From assembly GCF_009914755.1 (NCBI RefSeq), contig NC_060927.1: 64,000 nucleotides of DNA; one strand, 5' to 3'. The translations under genes and the position numbers were made by a program. The notes below the pieces were generated by a model. That model had not been told where the DNA came from. It did no database searches and saw only the letters and a program-made list of their open reading frames with translations. Shown piece after piece: positions 48,491-64,000 of the stretch (the first letter of the stretch is position 1; every line of letters begins with the position of its first letter). Source of the stretch: the human T2T-CHM13v2.0 reference genome, Homo sapiens.

Positions 48491-50123
48491 TCCTAGTTAT
48501 ACGCTCCTCTGCAGTGTGTCACAACTCTCCTGTGCAGTGTTTTTCTTTCTGTATTATAATTGGCCTATGTCAGGAGCTGACACCTGTCACATCTGAGTTA
48601 ACGTGTAACTTTAAGATCCTCTGATATTAAAGAATTAATGTTAATTTTGTAAAGAATAACATTATTGAGATGAATTTTTAAGAGCTCATATCTTTTAGGA
48701 TACATACCGAAATATTTGAGGAAGAGATGACATAGTGTCTGGGATTTCTTCAAAATAATAAAGGTGCAGAGAAGTGGATGAAGATAGAGATTAAACAAAA
48801 TTCTCCATGAGTTGGTAATTGCTGAAGCTGAGTGATAAGTACCTGAAAGTTCACTATAGCCTTTTGATTATTTTATATGTTTGAAATTTTCCATTATACA
48901 TATTTTTAATGTCTGCTGAGAGAAGTGGGTTCTGACCATGCACACATGCACATACACACAAGACAGGACAGTTAACTGAATGAGCATTGCACAAGAATCA
49001 AGCAACCCATGGTTTGATCACAATGAGTTCCTTAAATAGCTCTGGGACATTGAGCAAACCACTTTCTCTTTCTAGACCTCAGTTTCCTTATCTGTTTAAA
49101 ATGGAAAAGTTAGATTAAATGATTTTAATAAAATCTCTGAACTTCAGATAACCACACCGGGATGCCTCTGGCCTTTTCTAGGTTAAATTTTCTGTGCATT
49201 GTCTCAAGCCTCCCCTGCCCATCAGCCACAGAATAAAACAGACTGCTCTTAGCATCTGCCCCACACTTCAACCAAAAGGGGCCATAATGGGGTTCTGTGG
49301 AGAACTTTAGTGGACAGTGATCCAAAGCTCTCCAACACCAAGCAGCTGCTCTTTCCTTCTGCCACCTACTGAAAGGTCACCTCAGTGTATAGCCTACCTC
49401 AAGAAGGCCTTCCATGTCCCATTTCAGCCCTGAGGGGGGAGAAATAAAACCTCCTTTTTATTTAACTTTTAGACCTGATGTTTTCATGTTTGCAGTGTGT
49501 CAACTCCCAACCCACCTTCAAAGTTCCTGCATGGAGTTCCTTAGACTAAAGATCTGATGTGAGCCCAAAAGCCTGTTTCTCCTGTCCTTAAAAGTGCAGT
49601 CAATAGAGAAGGAGGACTAAAAGAAGAACCAAAAATGTAAGAAGAAGGGCACCATGTGGAAATTACACCTTGGTAGCAATCTGGTGGATAGTAGTTGCAG
49701 TTTTGTTTTGTTTTGTTTTTTACTAGTATCTTTGTGGCTTTGGGGGTGGGGCAAGGGGAAGATATGTGCTCATTATAAACAAAAGTCAAGCAAACAGAAA
49801 AGCAAAAAAAGTACATTATTATTATTCCAAAGTCCACTATTCAGAAGTAACCATTATTAGCATTTGGAGATTAAGAGTCTAGGGAAACTAAAAGGAACTA
49901 GGGGTCCAAGGAGAAATAAATGCTCAATTTGAGAGCAGCGCCAAGGAAGTACAAGATGAGACTGGAATATTTTGTGCCAGAAAGAAAAGAAGTGCTCAAA
50001 AAGTAAATAAATAAAGGGGTATTTCATGAGGACACAGCGGGCAGCTGCATGGGCCTCCTGATGGCCAGATCTGAGACAATTCTGGCATCAAAATAACTAT
50101 AAACAATTCAAAATAAGAATGCA

Positions 50124-50481
<358 letters not shown>

Positions 50482-52112
50482 TTATACCAAAATATGCATA
50501 TGCTTATGTATTATATGTGTGTATATAAACATATTATATACTATATATGTGCATGTATACATGTTTTCCCTTCTCACATATATATGCTCAATCAAATGTT
50601 TGAACTGACAGCAGCTCTCAAGAAAATCTATTCCAATTTATTTAAAGTTATTTTTTATATATCTTGTTACATGAATATTCAGCAAATTTTAGATTATTCT
50701 CACGTTATCCTGTTCTTCACAATGACTTCCTATTTCCTCAAGGACTGTGTTAGGCTATCAATGGATTGGTGAAGAGACTGTTTCTTTAAACTGTACATTT
50801 CTCAAAAGGTTTTTTTTTTCAAAACTGATAAATTGAACCTTATCAAAATTTTAAAATTTTGCTCTTTGAAAAACAACATAAAGAAGGCAGAATGGCAAGC
50901 GACAGAACATATTCACAATCCATGTGTCTGACAGAGAACTTGCATCTCAAATGTGTGAAGACCTCTTACAACAGGAGAACAAGAAAAGAAGCTATCCAAC
51001 TGAAAGAAAAATGGACAAAGATTTGAACAGATATTTTTATCAAATAAGATATTGAGATAGACAATAAGCACATGAAGAGAAGCTTGGCATGAGTTATCTC
51101 AAAGGTATTCTTGAACCCTAAAATACTGTGCTTCACCCTTGCTGGAATAGTCACTCAGAATTTCTTGGAAGTGCTGAGTGCTTCATTAATCTCCCACACA
51201 TTGTTCCCTGCCTTCTGATTAAATGCTGCTGTCTTGACTTTATCATTCAGACCTAAACAAGTTGAGCATATAGCAGGGTTTACATGCAGATTTGCCATCC
51301 TGGAGATTGAGCAAATTAAAATGTTTAAGTGTCAGTGGCCTGGTGTTGAATCTCATACAATTCTGGCTTCATTTGGATGGGTGGTCTGGGCTAAATCTAA
51401 CCCAGGACTCTGGAATCAAATTCATCCACCCTTTCTGCTTAGCCATTCTGCCAGCTTTTTCCCTTGGAGATGGAGACTGGTTATGGAAATCAGATTTTTT
51501 GCTTCTTCTAAACATGCAGACTCATAGTTCAAACTTGTCATTTGTGATTCTATGATAAAGAAAAAAATAAGCTGAGAGGAAGGAAGACATTATCATTTCT
51601 GAACTTGACTTGAAGCTGACTTAATTCATCCCAAGCTACGTCTAAGAATAATAGCAATTCCTCATTAGATACCAATTAAAATAAACCTCTCTTATCAAGA
51701 TGGGATGACGGTTGAGGGGATCTGGTCATTTAAACAGAATGGGTTATTGAGAGTCAGCCTTTGAAATGAAAAGTAGGGATGGTAGTCCTTCGAAATTGTG
51801 GACAAAGTTTTTTTCTATTCCTGCATGTAATAGCAGCATCCAACATTTACTGAGAGCTTACTATATGCCTGGCACAGTACTAAACATTCTGTTTAATCCT
51901 TTAACAAACCTCTGGTTTAGAAACTATCTCATTTTCATTTTACAGATTAAGAAGCAGAGGCTCAAACAGGTTAAGTAATCTGTCCAAAAAACAGAGCTGT
52001 TAACTAGCTGGACTGTGGTTCAAACTCAAGTGAGTTGATTCCCTTGCATTTTCCTAATTTTTTTCCAAAACATTAATTTGTTTACAAACTTTAAAGATCT
52101 TTAATTCATCTA

Positions 52113-52590
<478 letters not shown>

Positions 52591-54088
52591 CTATATACAC
52601 AGTATAAGTAACTGCATTAAGTACAAAATATGTATAGCCACTGATATGACATCCATTGTACATCTACATGGAAACATGACACTGATGAAGTTGAAGGAAG
52701 AGTCTGAAATCAGAAATCTAGCATTAGACTGCTTAGGTGGGTCTGAATCCCACACCTACCTCTAACTCTCTCTGGATGGCCTTGTGCAAATTACTTAACC
52801 TTGCTGTGCTGGTTTCTCATTTAGAAAATGTGGATAATATTACTTATCTTGTGAAATGGCTGAAAAGCTTAAGTAAGTCAATCCATGCAAAACAGCATAG
52901 TGCTTAACACTAAAAAACACTGCACCTATAAATATGCAAAAATATTGATAGTTCTAATCACTGAATGGTGTAATTATATGTATTTTAATTTTTTTCATTT
53001 AAATGTTCAAATTGAAATTTTCCACATTGTTCACAATGGTTTGTTTTGTTTGTTTGGTTTTTATACTCAGGGGAAAAGATGGTTAATTTTTTCAAACTCT
53101 GGGTCTTAAGTGTGTCAGTAATGCCAAAATATTCTAAAATCAAAAACTAAGCCCCATACAAACTCCCTTTGGGGATGCGCCTTTGCGGAGAGAACCCCCA
53201 TGCCCCCCTCATAGAAAACAAGCTCCTCATTTCCATAAGCTGATAACACAGGAAGCATTAGAGCAAGGATTCAGCAAAAAATAGAATCCTGAAATAATAA
53301 ATTGGAAGTATTGGGCATTGTGAAAACAAGAACCAATAAATGTAAATAACTCCAAGGTAAATGATTTCTTCAAGTCCCTGAGGTTCTGTAAGAGTTGGAA
53401 ATATGTTATATTGCATTATAATTTATAATTGGATTTTGAAGTCTGTTCAGTAACAGGTCTAGTAACAGGGCTGGGAATTAATCCTCAATTCATACCTCAT
53501 TATATTGCTGCAAATATCGCCAAACTTGACTCCACATGAGACAGACCTTCATCTATATAAATAAGGGGGCCAGCCAGGCCCATAGTACTCTAATACAGGT
53601 ACTTTCTTATATATGGGGAACTGTTGGGATGGAAAGCTGAATTATTCAAAATAATGCAGTTCCCTTGCTAAACTTCACGGAGCTGTAGACGAAGCTAATG
53701 AAGGAAAGATTTGTCTGTGTTTCTTCAGAGATGATTTGCGAAAAAATCAGCTGCAAATAACTAGAGAAGCAATCTAGAGAAACGCTTAGTATGTCTCCTA
53801 CAAGCAAGAGTCTGTCCTGGCCACGAAATTGCTACTGTTCAGAAATTCAATATGTGGAAAAAAACGCAAGGAGAATAGTTCTGGGAACCTGTTCTTCTGG
53901 AAAATGATGATTAAAACATTTTCTTCCAGCCACCGACCTCCCTCTGGGGACTAACAAGGCTGAGAAAGATAAAGAGTAGCTATGTGGCTTATTGCCCTCT
54001 CTGAACTTCATTTGTCCCACCTGTTGAGTAAGAATACCCACCCGGCAGCATTTCTGTGAGGATGTGAGGATGTGAGGACTCCAGATAA

Positions 54089-54416
<328 letters not shown>

Positions 54417-55397
54417 CACAAAGTGTGGTTTTCTTAAAACCTGACACATAATAGACGCACAACAGCTGTTAGCATTATTACTGGGGTGCTGATTTCAAGA
54501 ACCTTGGAAGAGCCTGGGTCTCCAGTTTCCCCAACTAATTTGCTAACGTTTAAATACCTTCAGTTGAAGAATATGCTTTCATTTTACTGTTATAGATAAG
54601 GCTTTACTATAAACATCTGGGTGTGATAGCAATTTCCTTAAATTCGTATTAAACTACAAATGATCCATGTCAGATTATAACAGGTTCTGAGGACTACTAT
54701 AAGGGAGAAAGAAAACATTTGCCTATTCACTCATTAAGCATTTATTTAGCACCAACTATATGCCAGGTTTGCACCAGTTTGGGGGCAGGGACAAAGACAA
54801 GCCTATGGACTTTGAAAATGTTCCTTTCTTGGCCTGTAATAAACTGCCAGGCTCATGGTTCTCATCCTTCATGCCTTGGTTTAGATCACTTCTTAGGTTC
54901 CGTACATGCTCAGATTCTGTGCTTCTATAGTTTTACAACAACAGAATCCTCTAGACAACTTGTAGTGACCAGGCTTAGCCACCCACTCAGATGTGTAAGA
55001 AATCACTATTTCTTTGTTTTCATGAAGCTCAGTTTAAATCAGTTTCCAAGGCTTATTCCCACCACGGTGGGCAGAAATTTCATCTTAGTCACCATTGAGC
55101 ACCTATCTCTCTGAGTCATTTTAGAATCTAGGACTTTCCATCCTTCAGCCCCTATCCTCCATCATGGCCAACTTCCTCTTTGTCACAGCTGACAGTGGCA
55201 CCTCCCCACTCTAAGAAGCTCTCAGCTTTGGTGGGTGCAGAAACCTTGCTGAGGCAGACAGCTCTGTGTCTTGAGTCCAGTCACTGTTTGATGTCTTGGT
55301 GCTCTGAGAGGTACTGCCAGCTACGCAATGTGAAGGTCCTGCCATCTCTCACCTTCCACCTCTGATCTCTCTTGGAGTCCACAGAGCTCCTTCCATC

Positions 55398-56026
<629 letters not shown>

Positions 56027-58149
56027 CTATCCTCTTCTCATCTTCAAAAAGCTTAACATAGTTTGTTTCATGAGTGTGGACTTTTTGAAAATAAAGGCCA
56101 TTTATTCATCATTCATTCATTCGGTTAACAAATCCTTATAAGGTGACTGTCCATCATCCCAGATTGCCTCGGATTAAGGAGTTTCATGGGATGTGGGATT
56201 TCTAAGTATTGAAATTGGAAAGTCCTAAGCAAACCAAGAGCATTGATCACCCAACCTATTAAGCGCCAGGTAACAAAGGTTCAGGAGTAAATGAGACAAA
56301 GTATTTGTCATTATGAAACTGGTATGGTCTTCGGGAAGGCAAGTGCCTTTGCCCACAACTCCTATCCTTGGTTTAAGATACACACCTCCCCTAACTCATT
56401 CCTGGCAAGTGCAGAAGGTCAGGGGAAAGTGCTTGAAGGAAAAAGCCCAAATTATCACCTCAACAGATTGTTCTATTACACAGTAAAGTACTGTGCATAA
56501 TATTGATTCTAAGCGTCAAAGGCAGAGCAGCAAGAGTAAACATGTAAAAGTTCCCAAAATGCAAGGTGACTGAACCAAAGTCTCACCACACCCACCCTAC
56601 CCACCCCCGAGGATTGATCCAGGGCTGGAACACTAGGCCCAGGGAGCAGAGTAAGGGCTTTCAGAGTAATCCAAGCACCTTTAGCATCTAGAGGTGAAAA
56701 CCTCTAGAGATTTCTGTGGTACTAGCAAATGCAAACATCCTAAAATCATTTTATAAATATTGCGAGCAATTTCATTTGTTCAATCCTGTTGGTTCGATTC
56801 TGTGATTACATTTATAAATTCAATTTGACTTCATGAGAAAAGTCTAAATTTGAGGCCTGCTAGAAATGTGAGGCCCAGGCAAAAAAGTTCTCCTCTTCTC
56901 CTGTGCTCCTTGCCCATGCTCTCCCCTCCAAAAGAGTTTGATATAGTAACACAGCCTCAGCAGGGCCTTTTTTAATCAGGAAAGGCGTACACTTTGGGAG
57001 GACAAGATCACATGCCACAGTGGTGAGTGATGTACAGACAGGACCTCAGTCCCTATTTGACTCCTCTGTCGGGCAGCTTTGTGCAGTGCATAACCTGCAC
57101 CGCTATACAGAGCTACCCTGAGACAGCTGTCCGGACTTCCAGGGAAGAAATCAGACCCTTTTGCTAAAGTTGGAGGAATAATGAATGGGGTGAATCTAAT
57201 TGCTTCAGACCCCAGGGCAGTAAGTTGCTCCTTCGGAAGTGATTTCTGTCTTTCAATTGCTTGTGTTTTTGACAACTGGCTGTTTCTCACCTATTGTGTC
57301 TTCCTGTGGCTCTACTTGCAGAATGTGCCTTCAAACAGTGGGCTGAGCATGGGTTGGGAAAGCCTTTGAAAGCCAGCCAGGCAGAAAATTCAAGACAAAA
57401 GGTCTTCAAGCAGATATTATTGACATCCTTTAGTTAAGCAGCTGCTCTGGCTGTAGGAGGATAATAAAGAGTGTACCCTAAACCCTGCTTCAAAGGGGGA
57501 CTTTGGCTTGGCTGAGGGGCTGGTTGTAGAAGCCTGTAGAACAAGTGCTTTTATACATCCTTCACCTACCTCGCCAGCTGAGAATTGTTCATCCGGTACT
57601 AGTGGGAAAGTCTCCCAAATGCACAGTCTGACAGCACTGCCTAGACAGTTCGTGATCAGGTTGCCATGTCAACAAGAAAATACCCTACTGGGGTTTTGTT
57701 TACTCATCACCAAGTTCTCAGTTTGTGTAGCTCTTAGCCATGAAAAAAGCTAAGAAATCTGATCTCTGACTTCCAGATTGCTTCTCTGGGCACTGGAATT
57801 ATTTTGACCCCAGTGGGGAAGACTAGGAGTCTGCTAAGGCACCCATCGTCTATGGGGAGGGGTGAGAGAGCAAGAAGGGATGGAGCCTTCGGATGAAGCA
57901 TCTTGAGTGTTTCATTGACAGGGGAAATAATATTTATGGAGTATCTGTCATGTGTCTGGAATTCTGCTACAAACTATGCAAATTTGATTTATCTTATTCT
58001 CACAACTATCCTGTAGTATTAATATTAGCCTGTGCATTTTATGGATGAGCAAAGAGAGGCTAAAAGGCCAAACGACAGATCAAGCTTCACTAAATAAGAA
58101 CATGTGCATAAGATGGATTATTATGCAGCTGTTTAAAATAACATTTTTT

Positions 58150-58690
58150 TGTTGTTCTTGTATTTTTAGTAGAGACGGGGTTTCACCATGTTGGCCAGGC
58201 TGGCCCCAAACTCCTGACCTCAGGTGATCTGCCTGCCTCAGCCTCCCAAAGTGCTGGGATTACAGGCTTGAACCACTGTGCCCAGCCTAAAGTCACATTT
58301 TTGAAAGACATTTCATGACATGTTCACCTTGGCATATCGCTAAGAGAAAGAAAACAGAAGGCAAAACTGCACAATATAACATATCCAGGCCAGGCGCAGT
58401 GGCTCACAACTGTAATCCCAGCAGTTTGGGAGGTCAAGGTGGGCAGATTACTTGAGCCCAGAAGTTTGAGACCAGCCTGGCCAACACAGCAAAACCCTAT
58501 CTCTACTATCTCTACTAAAAATACAAAAATAATTAGCCATGCATGGTGGTGCATGCCTGTAATCCCAGCTACTCCAGAGGCTGAGGCGGGATGATCACTT
58601 GAACCCAGGAGGTAGAGGTTGGAGTGAGCCAAGATCCAGCCTTGGCGACAGAGCAAGACTCTGTCTAAAATTAATAATAATAATAATAAT
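58150..58690. mobile_element. Antisense Alu left arm (58150-58288) and sense AluJ-like element (58388-58690)
   Basis: Both have TSD-like flanks (TAAA...ACATTTTT; ATAACATATCCA). Confidence 0.85.
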
Positions 58691-59508
58691 AACATATCCA
58701 TAGAAGATATATAGGATGAATAAATAGCCCTAGACACAAAATTATGGAGAATAATACTATGGAAATAACTGAAGATCACCCAAATGAGAACAAGCAAAGT
58801 CTATTTATTCAGAGCCTGCTATACAAGGGAGTCAGCCACCATCACTTGCATTTGACAAAGGATGAAAGGCGGGCAGAGGAATGGGAACACTTTACAGTGA
58901 AAAAAAAGGGAAGGCTTCAGGTGTGCCTTTATTGGAGGCTGTTGGCACAAGGAAGCTTGATGGGGCTGACCAGAAGCAGGACATCCTATGTGACTGGTTA
59001 GGGGAACATATTTGGCTTTCTCTGGTTTGTCCTAAGTGGGAAACAGAGATGCAAATTGGGAAGCTGACAGTCGTTGACCATGTCCTGACAGTCTGGGACC
59101 AATTACTGCAAAGGCTGTGGTTTAGCTTCTTGAACTGGTTGCTGTTAGGTTTTGGGTCAGAGTTCTATTTTTATATCTGATTGCACCATTGTTCATTTGT
59201 ATATTCAGTCTCTCAATATACAAAATGATAGTAGTAATTATCACTAGGTTTCAGGACTACAATTGATTTTTTTCTTTCTAATTCTTTTCAGATTGTTCTA
59301 AATGTTCTATAATAAACAAGTGTTATTACTAACAATAAATAAATAACTGTTTTTATAAGGAAAAAGAAATCGAGTTACAAAAAGGTTCAGTAATTTTTCT
59401 GAAGTAACACAGCTAGTAAGTAATTTGCCTGGAATCGAACACAGATCTTTTAGATACTAATGCCTGAGCATTTTCCTGCCCTGTGTCTCCTAGGGATCTT
59501 CAGGGCTT

Positions 59509-59705
59509 GGACTGTTGTTGGGTGAGGGGAGGGGGGAGGGATAGCATTAGGAGATATACCTAATGCTAAATGAAGAGTTAATGGGTGCAGCACACCAGCA
59601 TGGCACATGTATACATATGTAACTAACCTGCATATTGTGCACATGTACCCTAAAACTTAAAGTATAATAATAACAAAATAAAATAAAATAAAATAAAATA
59701 AAAAA
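59509..59705 (+). mobile_element. 5'-truncated young L1 3' end (L1PA3-like)
   Basis: GGACTGTTG...GGGATAGCATTAGGAGATATACCTAATGCTAAATG...AAAGTATAATAAT followed by (AAAAT)n. Confidence 0.9.
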
Positions 59706-60489
59706 GAAATGAAGAATGTAAACTTGTGTTGAAGAACTTATACAAACCAGCAGCTTCACAGACATCACTTTAAAAGTATCTTGTTAAGTCTCATTATTGA
59801 ATAGCTAATACAGTTTCAAGATATATATTTCCAGGAAATTTGAATTCAAATAAAAGGTGATGATACTTTAGTTTTTAATCACTTATCAAATAATAAATAA
59901 TTTTTTTAGGGGAGCATTCCCAAATACCTTTGAGGCACTAACAAGCACTCTGGACTACCTTCCCAAAAAGAAATGCACAAAACCAAAAAGTCTTGTTACA
60001 ATTATGGAGGCCGACAGGCCAAAAACCTCTATTCTGATGGTAGATGTGTGACATCACTCACAAGCCTAGATGTAGGAAGATGTTTGAGATCAGTAGGAAC
60101 TTTCTGTGTACTTTACAAAAATCATCCTGTTTATAATCAGGTGTGTCTATGTTTGGTGCAGCTCAATTCTGATTTATTTGTGGCTAACAGATGACAGTCA
60201 GGGGTGCCTCCTGCATAACTCTCAGAATTGTGTCAGGTGACCAACCAGTATGTGAAAAGTGAAATCCATACATAATACACAAATTTTACTTAGGCAAATA
60301 GCTAACACCCCCATTCCCCACTTCTTCCACTGCCAATTATTTTCTTACCACTGACACCCTAAAGGGCCAGTTTGACATCCTCTCTCTCTTATCCCTGTGA
60401 AATAATCAAAATAGGGATGAACAAACCATGAGATAATATATTCTCAGATCAACAACCTCTGAAGTTAGGGATCATGGTGAGTTACTTGG

Positions 60490-63400
60490 AATTCCACTTC
60501 TGGCATGGCAGTGTAAGCTCCTAACAAACTGAACACTCACATAACAACTGTAAGCTCTGGGAAAAATACAAAAACAACTACCCAAAGCTGTATAGAATGA
60601 GCAAAATAGGAAGATTTTGGAAGGAAGTCAAAACCTAGAAGAATGATGTAGAGTGAGATTCTTATTTTTATGGGTCTATCCTGTGAGCTGACTGTAGTCA
60701 TTGCTGGCTTAAAGTGGTCAAAACTTCAACAGAAAACTCATTGTTTCTCTGGCCTGAAGAACCAGATGACAGAACTCAGGGCAACCATAGCTTATGGAAA
60801 ATGAGAGACTAACGTTGTAAAAGAGAAATCCAAAGAAAGGGAGTCCCAGATTCTGTTTTCAAACTCTACCCAAGTCTCTGGGAAACCAATAAGTCATGCA
60901 CACATGGGGCAAACACAAAGCAGTTTTCAGAGAAAGCTAAAAGAAATGAAGTTCAACTTGAAATTCTCACATCCACAACAGGATAGAGAGAATTTGTGGT
61001 TTGAATCTAACCAAGTTAATTGCTTACAAAAACAACAGCAACCCTCTTCAGAAGAATATAGCAGAACCCAGAATTGCCAAAGTACTGTATTCACAATGTT
61101 TAGCATACAATCCCAAGTTACACAACACGTAACAAGTCAGGATATAGTGATATATTATCAAGGAAAATGTAATCAACAGAGGTCAACTTTGAGATTGCCT
61201 AGATGCTGGAATTATCAGACAAAGACTTAAAACAGCTATTACGACTATGCTAAAGAAAATAAAGGAAAATATATGCAAAATGAATCAAAAAGAAAATGTC
61301 AGCAGAAAATAAGAACAATAAAAAAGAACTAAATGAAAATTCTAGAAAGAAAACATATAATATCTGAAAAAAATCACTGGGAATAGGCTTAATATTATCA
61401 ACAGCATAGACATGAACAAAGAAAGGCTCAGTGAGCTTGAAGATAGATCAATACAAGTTATTCAACCTAAATAAAAGAGAGAAAAATAAACAGAGCCTCA
61501 GGGGCAACATCAAACATTAAGCCTGTGACACAACATCAAAAACTCTAACATATGTCACTGGAGTCCCAGTTAGAGAGGGCAGAGAAAATGAGCCACAAAA
61601 GTTATTTAAGGGAATATTAACCAAAATGACCTCCCAAATAGTGAATATATAAATTTACAAAGTCAAAAAGCATCAAACTCCAAACAGGATATATACAAGG
61701 AAAACCACACCCAGGGACATCCTAGTGAAGATATTGGAAAGGGAAAAAAGAAAAAAGAAAAAAATGTGAATCAGTAAGATTAAAATGACACAATAAATAT
61801 AGGAAAATTATTTGAATGGCAGAGAAAAACAATATATTACATACAGAGGGACTGAAAGGCAAGACTCAAAAGACTCTCATCAGAAACTGTGGAGGACAAA
61901 AATGAGTGGAACGTTTTAAAAGGCTGAAAGAAAAACACTAAAATCCCAGAATTCTGTTTCAGCAAAAATATCCTTCTAGAATGAAGGAAAAAAATATGTC
62001 TTCAGATTTAAAAAATAATAACAGAATTCACTGCTAACAGACTTGTACTACAAAAAATGCTAAAGAAGTTCTTCGGGATGGAGAGAAGTAATATCAATAT
62101 GAAACAGAGCTTCAAGAAATAATGAAGAGCATCAAAAACAATAAATGGCTATTTTCTCTAAATTTCTTTAAATTATAAATGACCGTTTAAAGAAAAAAAC
62201 AATATACACACATTATGTGGTGGTCATAATGTATGGAGATGTAATCAATATGACAATTACAGCTTACCAGATAGTGGGGGAAAAGTAAAGGGAGCTATAT
62301 AATTAAAAGATTTCTACATGTTACATAAATTGATATAACATTAACTGTAAATAGATTGTGAAAGTAAAGAATATATATTTTAATCCCTAGATTAATCGCT
62401 AAAAAATGCAAAGAGGTATAGCCAGAAAACAAGTAGGTAAATTATAACAGAATTCTAAAAAATATTCAGATATTCAAAAGAAGGCAGAAAAAGGGGAACA
62501 TAGGAATGAAAAGCAAAGAGGAAACACAGGAAATTAAAATTGTAATTATAGACCTAAAGCTAATCATATAATAAGTACATTAAATGCTAGTGGTCTGTCT
62601 ACTTTCATGCTTCAAAGGATATTATCAACTGAGTAGAAAGGCAACCCACAGTATAGAAGAAAATATTTGCCAATCACATATCTGATAATGGATTAGTATC
62701 CATGATATGTAGAGAACTCCTAAAATTCAACAATAACAAAACAAACAAACAACTTGATTCAAAGATAAGCAAATCAAAAGAGATAACATTTCACACCCCC
62801 TAGGATGGATATTATCAAAACAGAAAATAACAAGTATTGGTAAAGATGTAAGAAGTTGGAAACTTTGCACACTCTGATGAGAATACAAAATAGTGGAACT
62901 GCTTTAGAAAATAACGTGTGGCTCCTCAAAAAATTTAAAAAAGATTACCATATGATCCAGTAATTTCACTTTTGGATATATATTCAAAATAATTGAAAGC
63001 AGGGACACATTTGAACACCCATGTTTATAGCAGTACTATACATAACAGCCAAGAGGTGGAAGCAATCCATGTCCATTAATAGGTGAATGAATAAACAAAA
63101 TGTGGCATATACACACAATAACATATTATTCAGCCTTAAAAGGGAAGGAAATTCTGACACATGCTACAACATGAATTAAACCTGAAGACATTATGCTAAG
63201 TGAAATAAGTTAGTCACAAAAGGGCAAATACTGAATGATTCTACTCATATAAGGAACCTAGAGTAGTCAATTCATAGAGACAGAAAGCAAAATGATAGGG
63301 CTGGGAAGGTGAGAATGAGGAGTTGTTTAAAGTTATGGAAACTTTTTGTTTATTTCTTTATCTCTAATTTCTGACATTTCTGAAGATTTTTCAGGAGTTT

Positions 63401-63535
63401 ACAAAAGTTCTGAAGATGGATGGCGGTGATGGTTGCACAACAATGTGAATATGTTTAGTGCCACTGAATATTAGATGGCTAAAATGATAAATTTGATATG
63501 TATATTTTATACAATTTAAAATAAATAAATACATT
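60490..63535 (+). mobile_element. Ancient L1M fragments (5' UTR/ORF1 remnant, then an L1MB-like 3' end from ~62600)
   Basis: Degraded ORF1 motifs (TCATCAGAAACTGTGGAGG; ATATCCTTC...AATGAAGG) and an L1MB-type 3' UTR. Confidence 0.75.
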
Positions 63536-63550
63536 TTTAAAAAAGACACT

Positions 63551-64000
63551 TGGGTCCCGTTCCAAGATGGCCAAATAGGAACAGCTCCACTCTGCAGCTC
63601 CCGGTGTGATTGATGCAGAAGATGGTGATTTCTGCATTTTCAACTGAGGTACCTAGTTCATCTCACTGGGACTGGTTGGACAGTGGGTGCAGGCCATGGA
63701 GAGTGAGCCAAAGCAGGGTAGGGCATCATCTCACCTGGGAAGTGCAAGGGGTCAGGGGATTTCCCTTTCCTAGCCAAGGGAAACCATGACAGACTGTACC
63801 TGGAAAATTGGGACACTCCCACCCAAACACAGCACTTTTCCAACAGTCTTAGCAAATGGCACACCAGGAGATTATATCCCGCACCTGGCTCGGTGGGTCC
63901 CACACCCATGGAGCCTTGCTCACTGCTAGCCCAGCAGTCCAAGATCAACCTGCGAGGCAGCAGCCTGGCTGGGGGAGGGGCATCTGCCATTGCTGAGGCT
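63551..64000 (+). mobile_element. 5' end (UTR) of a second primate LINE-1, L1PA6-like, truncated by the window edge
   Basis: ...TTCCAAGATGGCCAAATAGGAACAGCTCC is homologous to the 5' UTR at 14800, with older-subfamily variants (GGGACTGGTTGGACAG). Confidence 0.88.

Noticed and set aside
54055-54078. (TGTGAGGA)3 short tandem repeat
   Set aside because: Too short, and it looks like an ordinary slippage product.
58755-59215. Probable ERV-type LTR; similar segments at ~14060-14490, ~41000-41350, ~42570-42990 and ~44270-44700
   Set aside because: They look LTR-derived, but I cannot assign family or boundaries with confidence.

Overview
This is primate genomic DNA, almost certainly human, and rich in Alu and L1 repeats. 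It holds one protein-coding gene, SNTN (sentan, an S100-like motile-cilia tip protein), on the + strand. Four coding exons (22311-22420, 24385-24419, 29339-29478, 33551-33709) splice through GT-AG introns into a 147-aa ORF. A candidate alternative last exon lies at 48126-~48645. A full-length but inactivated L1PA4-like LINE-1 (14791-20975, with target-site duplication, TSD) ends ~1.3 kb upstream of the SNTN ATG, and the 5' end of a second, L1PA6-like element is cut off by the window edge. The rest is old L1M/L2/MIR sequence, about 16 Alus, MaLR LTRs, hAT/Tigger MITEs and microsatellites. I see no convincing novel multi-gene system. The best leads are regulatory features of SNTN (overlapping uORF, tandem RFX X-boxes, alternative terminal exon, a lost LTR polyA signal), ORF0-like antisense frames in both L1s, and several retrotransposition mechanism signatures. 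Repeat subfamily names come from recalled consensus features and need RepeatMasker/Dfam confirmation.
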